Source: Candidatus Sericytochromatia bacterium (GTDB lineage Bacteria > Cyanobacteriota > Sericytochromatia > S15B-MN24 > UBA4093). Taken from it: 64,000 bases of DNA. This document shows, piece by piece, positions 59,216 through 64,000 of the stretch. The notes below the pieces were generated by a model. The model made no database searches. It was not told where the DNA came from and was given only the letters and a program-made list of their open reading frames with translations. The position numbers and the translations under genes are program-made. Location: assembly GCA_036676495.1 (NCBI GenBank), contig JAKFCT010000010.1, positions 32,001 through 96,000 on the forward strand, read 5' to 3'. How positions within the stretch are numbered: the stretch's first letter is position 1; every line of letters begins with the position of its first letter.

Positions 59216-60984
59216 TGGGCCGCCCCCAAATCATCCGTTCGCGCAGCAACTGGATCTACGCCGCGCTCTGCCTCGGAGCGGTCGTCCTCTCCGGACGGCT
59301 CGCCGTCCTCCAGGTCTGGGATGCCCCCAAGTTGGCGGCCCAGGCGAAGGATCAGCGCACGCGCGCGATCGATCTGGGCACGGTCCGGGGCGAAATCGTC
59401 GATCGCGAGGGCCAGGAGCTGGCCGTCTCCGTGAATTCCTGGTCGGTCTACGCCCAGCCCAGCGAGTTCGAGGAGAGCCCCGCGCAGATTGCCGCCAAGC
59501 TCGCCCCCATGCTCGGCATCCCCGCCCGCGAGCTCGAACAGAAGCTGCATGGCTCGCATTGGCGCTGGATCTCGCGACAGTTCGACGACAAGGCGCTCGC
59601 CGAGACCATCCGCAAGCAGAAGATCCCGGGCATCGGCGTCCTGCGGGAGAAGAAACGGGTCTACCCCAAGGACACCCTGGCCGCGAACCTGCTCGGCTTC
59701 GTGGGCATCGACAACCAGGGCCTGGCCGGCATCGAGCACGACTTCGAGGACGTCCTCCGGGGCGACTCCGAGAAGCTCTTGATCCAGGTCGACGCGCGCG
59801 GGCGCGAATTGCTTCGCGAGAACCCGGGCTCTCCCCTGGAGAGCGTCCTGACCGACGGAGCCAAGGTCGTGCTCACCCTGGACGAGCGCATCCAGCACAT
59901 CGCCGAGCGCGAGCTGGCGCAGTCCGTGCAGCGACTCAAGGCCAAGCGCGGGGCCGTGTTGATCATGGATCCGGCCAACGGCGATCTCCTGGCCTTCGCC
60001 ACCCACCCCACCTACGACCCCAACCGCTACCGGGACGCCGATTGGCAGACCATCAAGAACTGGGCCGCCAAGGACACCTTCGAGCCGGGCTCCACGATGA
60101 AGATGTTCACGATCGCCGCGGCCATCGAGCTGAATCGCCTCCGCCCCAGTGAGCGCTTCGCAATCGCCCCGACCATGACCATCGGCAAGCACACGATCTC
60201 GGATCACGGCGCCCCGCCCGGGATCCGCCAACTCACTCCCGCCCAGATCCTGGAGGTCTCCTCCAACGTCGGCAGCATCCTGATCGCCCAGCGCATGACG
60301 CCCGAGGAGCACCGAGATGCGCTCTTGCGCTTCGGCTTCGGCCGCGACACCGACTCCGGGATCAAGGGCGAGAGCCGGGGGCGTCTCCCCAAGCTTCCCT
60401 GGAAGCAGATCACCCAGGCCTCGCTGTCTTACGGGTACTCCCTTGCCGTCACGCCCCTTCAGCTGCTGACGGCAGCCACCAGCCTCGCCAACGGCGGGGC
60501 CTATCACGCGCCGCGAATCATCCAGCGGATCCTCACGCCGAAAGGCGAGGTCCTTCAGGAGTTCCCGCCCGCCCCGCCTCGTCAGGCGGTCTCTCCGGAG
60601 ACGGCGCGCAAGATGCTGGCGATGATGCAGAACGTCGTGGATGAAGGAACCGGAGCGTCCGCCGGGATTCCGGGGTATAATGTGGCCGGCAAAACCGGGA
60701 CCGCCAACAAGGCCAAGGAAACCGGCGGCGGCTACTCCAGCGACGTCTATTCGTCGTTCATCGGGTTCGTCCCTGCTGAGAAGCCCCGGATCGTGGTTCT
60801 CGCCCTCTTGGACAGCCCCCAGAATGCCCACTATGCAAGCCAAACTGCGTCCCCGCTCTTCAAGGCGGTGGCCGCCGACACCCTCAGGGTGCTCGGAGTG
60901 GTGCCCAACTCCCCGGGGGAAGACTCCCTCGCGGGCGGCTCGACCCCCAGCACCCACGCGGAGGCAACCCATGCGACTCGCTGA
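59215..60984 (+). CDS. ftsI: Class B penicillin-binding protein (FtsI/PBP3)
   Basis: RGEIVDR, EPGSTMK, SSN, KTGT. Confidence 0.92.
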   Translation: MGRPQIIRSRSNWIYAALCLGAVVLSGRLAVLQVWDAPKLAAQAKDQRTRAIDLGTVRGEIVDREGQELAVSVNSWSVYAQPSEFEESPAQIAAKLAPMLGIPARELEQKLHGSHWRWISRQFDDKALAETIRKQKIPGIGVLREKKRVYPKDTLAANLLGFVGIDNQGLAGIEHDFEDVLRGDSEKLLIQVDARGRELLRENPGSPLESVLTDGAKVVLTLDERIQHIAERELAQSVQRLKAKRGAVLIMDPANGDLLAFATHPTYDPNRYRDADWQTIKNWAAKDTFEPGSTMKMFTIAAAIELNRLRPSERFAIAPTMTIGKHTISDHGAPPGIRQLTPAQILEVSSNVGSILIAQRMTPEEHRDALLRFGFGRDTDSGIKGESRGRLPKLPWKQITQASLSYGYSLAVTPLQLLTAATSLANGGAYHAPRIIQRILTPKGEVLQEFPPAPPRQAVSPETARKMLAMMQNVVDEGTGASAGIPGYNVAGKTGTANKAKETGGGYSSDVYSSFIGFVPAEKPRIVVLALLDSPQNAHYASQTASPLFKAVAADTLRVLGVVPNSPGEDSLAGGSTPSTHAEATHATR

Positions 60985-62500
60985 TATCGATAGCCGCTAC
61001 CCTTCGGGCCTCTCCCTCTCGGGGGAAGGACCCGGCTCGAGACCGGTCGCAGGCATCGCCTACGACTCCCGGCGCGTGCAGCCCGGCGAGATCTTCGTCG
61101 CCCTCAAGGGCCTGCGGACGGACGGTCACGACCACCTGGCCCAGGCGATCGCCCAGGGTGCGGCCGCCGTGCTGATCGATGCCGCTTGGGCCGCCGAGCA
61201 TGAGACGGATCTGGGCGTGCCGGTCTTCCACGCCGCCGACACCCGCGAGGCCCTCGCATGGCTGGCTGCCGAGCACTACGGCCACCCCTCCCGCGCCATG
61301 GAAGTCATCGGAGTCACCGGCACCAACGGCAAGACCACCACCACCCACCTCATCGAAGCCATCCTGCAGGAAGCGGGACGCTCCACCGGCCTGATCGGGA
61401 CGCTGGGCGGCCGTTACCAGGAAGGCGGCGAGTCGCAGACCCTGGACACCGGCCACACCACGCCCCAGTCCCTGGAGCTGCAAGGCCTCTTCGCCCGCAT
61501 GAAGCGCTCAGGCGTCAACTCCGTGGTCATGGAGGTCTCCAGCCACGCCCTCGACCAGCTGCGGGTGGCGCATACCGACTTCGACTCCGCGGCCTTCACC
61601 AACCTCACCCAGGACCACCTGGACTATCACCAGACCATGGAGGCCTACGCCAAGGCCAAGGCCAAGCTCTTCGGCATGATCGAGCCCTCGTCGGGCTTCC
61701 GCGGCGTCGCCGTCAACGTCGATGACGCCCACGGCTCCACCATGGCCCAGAACGCCCGGGTCCCCGTGCTGACCTACTCCAGCCGCCCCGCGGCGGACGG
61801 CCCCGCGAGCCGTCCCGCCGACCTGCGCGCCGAGGACATCACCCTCACCGCCTCCGGCTCCCGCTGGAAGCTCGTCACGCCGTTTGGCGAACAAACCCTC
61901 ACCCTCCGGCTGCCGGGCCTCTTCAACATCTCGAACGCCCTCGCCGCGCTGGGCTGCGCCTTGAACCTGGGCATCCCCCTGGCGACCTGTGTCGCGGGCT
62001 TGGAGCGGGTGCGCGGAGTGCCCGGCCGCGTCGAGCTGGTGACCCGGCCCGAGGATCCTTTCAGCGTGCTGGTCGACTACGCCCACACGCCCGACGGCCT
62101 GGAGAACGTCCTGAAGACGGCGCGGGAGTTCACCCGCAACCGGCTTCTGGTGGTCTTCGGCTGCGGGGGCGATCGCGACAAGGGCAAGCGGCCCCAGATG
62201 GGGGAAATCGCCTCCCGGCTGGCCGACGGCGTCTACCTGACCTCCGACAACCCGCGCTCCGAGGACCCCCAGGCCATCATGGCCGACGTCGCCGCGGGCA
62301 TCGCCGGCGAGTACGTAGCCGAGCCCGACCGCGCGGACGCCATCGCGCGCGCCATCGACGCGGCCAAGGCCGGAGACGTGATCGTGATCGCGGGCAAGGG
62401 CCACGAGACCTACCAGATCTTCGCCGACCGGACGATTCACTTCGACGACCGCGAGGTCGCCCGCGACGCCCTCTCGAAAAGGACCGGGGCCAAATGCTGA
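60971..62500 (+). CDS. murE: UDP-MurNAc-dipeptide--meso-DAP ligase
   Basis: GTNGKTT, EVSSH, DYAHTPD, DNPR. Confidence 0.95.
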   Translation: MRLADIDSRYPSGLSLSGEGPGSRPVAGIAYDSRRVQPGEIFVALKGLRTDGHDHLAQAIAQGAAAVLIDAAWAAEHETDLGVPVFHAADTREALAWLAAEHYGHPSRAMEVIGVTGTNGKTTTTHLIEAILQEAGRSTGLIGTLGGRYQEGGESQTLDTGHTTPQSLELQGLFARMKRSGVNSVVMEVSSHALDQLRVAHTDFDSAAFTNLTQDHLDYHQTMEAYAKAKAKLFGMIEPSSGFRGVAVNVDDAHGSTMAQNARVPVLTYSSRPAADGPASRPADLRAEDITLTASGSRWKLVTPFGEQTLTLRLPGLFNISNALAALGCALNLGIPLATCVAGLERVRGVPGRVELVTRPEDPFSVLVDYAHTPDGLENVLKTAREFTRNRLLVVFGCGGDRDKGKRPQMGEIASRLADGVYLTSDNPRSEDPQAIMADVAAGIAGEYVAEPDRADAIARAIDAAKAGDVIVIAGKGHETYQIFADRTIHFDDREVARDALSKRTGAKC

Positions 62501-63867
62501 CCCTCGAAGACATCCTCAAGGCCACCGGGGGCGTTCCCGCGCCGGGCCTCGCCAACGACCCGGTCACCGGCGTCTCCACCGACACCCGCTCGCTCACGCC
62601 GGGCTCGCTCTACGTGCCCTTGAAAGGCGCCAAGTTCGACGGCCATGACTTCCTCGACGAGGCGGTCCGGCGCGGGGCCACCACCGCCCTGATCAGCCGC
62701 GAAGTCGACATCCCCAAGGGGCTCGGCACCATCCGGGTCCCCGATACGCTCGCCTCTTACGGCGACCTCGCCCGCTACTGGCGCGAGAAGCTCGGCCTGA
62801 CCGTCGTGGCCGTGACCGGCAGCTCCGGCAAGACCTCCACCAAGGAGATGGTGGCGAGCCTGCTCGGCCAGTACATGGCGGTCGGCAAGACGCACGCCAA
62901 CTACAACAACGAGATCGGCCTGCCGCGCACCCTCTTGGAGACGCCTCCCGAGACCCGGGCCTGCGTGCTCGAAATGGGCATGCGCGGCCCCGGAGAGATC
63001 GCCTACCTCACCTCGATCGCCCGGCCGAACGTCGGCATCCTCACCAACATCGGGACCGCGCATATCGGACGGCTGGGCAGCCGGGAGGCGATCGCCCGGG
63101 CCAAGGCCGAGCTGCTGCGCATCGGAGGGCCCACCATGGCCGCGGTCATCAACCATGACGACCCCTACGCCATGGCGCAGGCCGCCGATCACCCCGGCCC
63201 GCTGGCCACCTTCAGCCTCCACGACCCCAAGGCCACCCTCTGGGCGGAAGGCAACGGGCGCACGTTCCTCGCCCACTGGCAGGCGGGCCCCACGATGGAA
63301 GCCGGCTCGACCCGCGTGACCCTCCCGTTCCTCGGCGACCACCACCGGGCCAACGCCCTCGCCGCCCTGGCCACGGCCTGGCACCTGGGCTTGCCCCTCC
63401 CCGAAGCCGTGGCCATCGCGCCAGAAGCCCTTCCGGGCCGCGCCCGCACCCTCTCCGTCGCGGGAGTGGAGATCGTGGACGAGACCTATAACGCCAATCC
63501 CGAGTCCATGCGCATGACCATCCAGGCCTTCTGCCAGGAAGAAACGCAGGGACGCCGCTTCCTGGCCATCGGCCAGATGGGCGAGCTCGGCGAGTACGCC
63601 GTGACGGCGCATCGCGAGCTCGGAGAGCTGATCGCCCAGCTGCCCATCGCCGGCGTCGTCACCATGGGAGAGCTGGCCCAGCACGTCAGCGAAGCCCTGC
63701 CGGGCCGCTCCGAGCATGTGCCGGATCACGCGGCGGGCGCGGAGGTCCTGGCCTCCTGGCTGAAGCCCGGCGATCGGCTCTTCGTGAAGGGTTCGCGTTC
63801 CATGCAGATGGAAGTCCTCATCTCGCAAGTCGTCCAACGGCTAGAAGGGAAGCCCACTCCTCGATGA
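62494..63867 (+). CDS. murF: UDP-MurNAc-tripeptide--D-Ala-D-Ala ligase
   Basis: GSSGKTSTK, NNEIG, YNANPES, KGSR. Confidence 0.95.
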   Translation: MLTLEDILKATGGVPAPGLANDPVTGVSTDTRSLTPGSLYVPLKGAKFDGHDFLDEAVRRGATTALISREVDIPKGLGTIRVPDTLASYGDLARYWREKLGLTVVAVTGSSGKTSTKEMVASLLGQYMAVGKTHANYNNEIGLPRTLLETPPETRACVLEMGMRGPGEIAYLTSIARPNVGILTNIGTAHIGRLGSREAIARAKAELLRIGGPTMAAVINHDDPYAMAQAADHPGPLATFSLHDPKATLWAEGNGRTFLAHWQAGPTMEAGSTRVTLPFLGDHHRANALAALATAWHLGLPLPEAVAIAPEALPGRARTLSVAGVEIVDETYNANPESMRMTIQAFCQEETQGRRFLAIGQMGELGEYAVTAHRELGELIAQLPIAGVVTMGELAQHVSEALPGRSEHVPDHAAGAEVLASWLKPGDRLFVKGSRSMQMEVLISQVVQRLEGKPTPR

Positions 63868-64000
63868 TCCCCCTTTCGCTCGCGCTCGTCGCGACCGCCC
63901 TCCTGGCAATCGCCATCGGCAAACCCTTCATCGCCTACCTCAAGGCCTGGAAGATCGGACAGAGCATCCGCAAGGAAGGTCCGCAGTCCCACCATGCCAA
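63864..64000 (+). CDS. mraY: Phospho-MurNAc-pentapeptide transferase (partial)
   Basis: MIPLSL...IGQSIRKEGPQSHHA; overlaps the murF stop. Confidence 0.85.
   Translation, partial: MIPLSLALVATALLAIAIGKPFIAYLKAWKIGQSIRKEGPQSHHA

Overview
High-GC bacterial chromosomal window, mostly core and metabolic genes. It runs from a DNA-repair cluster (polX, dinG-like helicase, degenerate Fpg/Nei) through a P-type ATPase, a yybP-ykoY Mn riboswitch with a TMEM165 gene, a porin, a CsoR-type-operator thioredoxin/CoA-disulfide reductase/rhodanese operon, duplicated APC permeases, kynA-kynU and sdpR/sdpI. It ends with rnpB and the start of the dcw cluster (rsmH-ftsL-ftsI-murE-murF-mraY, no mraZ). A porin plus GAAC-N4-GTWC LexA boxes suggest a diderm Terrabacteria lineage, possibly non-photosynthetic cyanobacterial relatives such as Sericytochromatia (inference only). 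The most notable structure is an AT-richer ~6.5 kb region at the 3' end of tRNA-Glu(CTC). It is cut into at least three cargo islets by four progressively decayed copies of an att-like repeat, has no integrase, and carries a standalone SIR2-like protein, a putative nuclease-plus-membrane protein, HIT and metallophosphoesterase genes. Also notable: a LexA-boxed promoter driving a tiny single-TM protein just upstream of rnpB/dcw, an RNase P RNA with a ~200-nt P12 insertion, and an Fpg/Nei homologue lacking its catalytic residues. All calls are by eye; no database searches were run.
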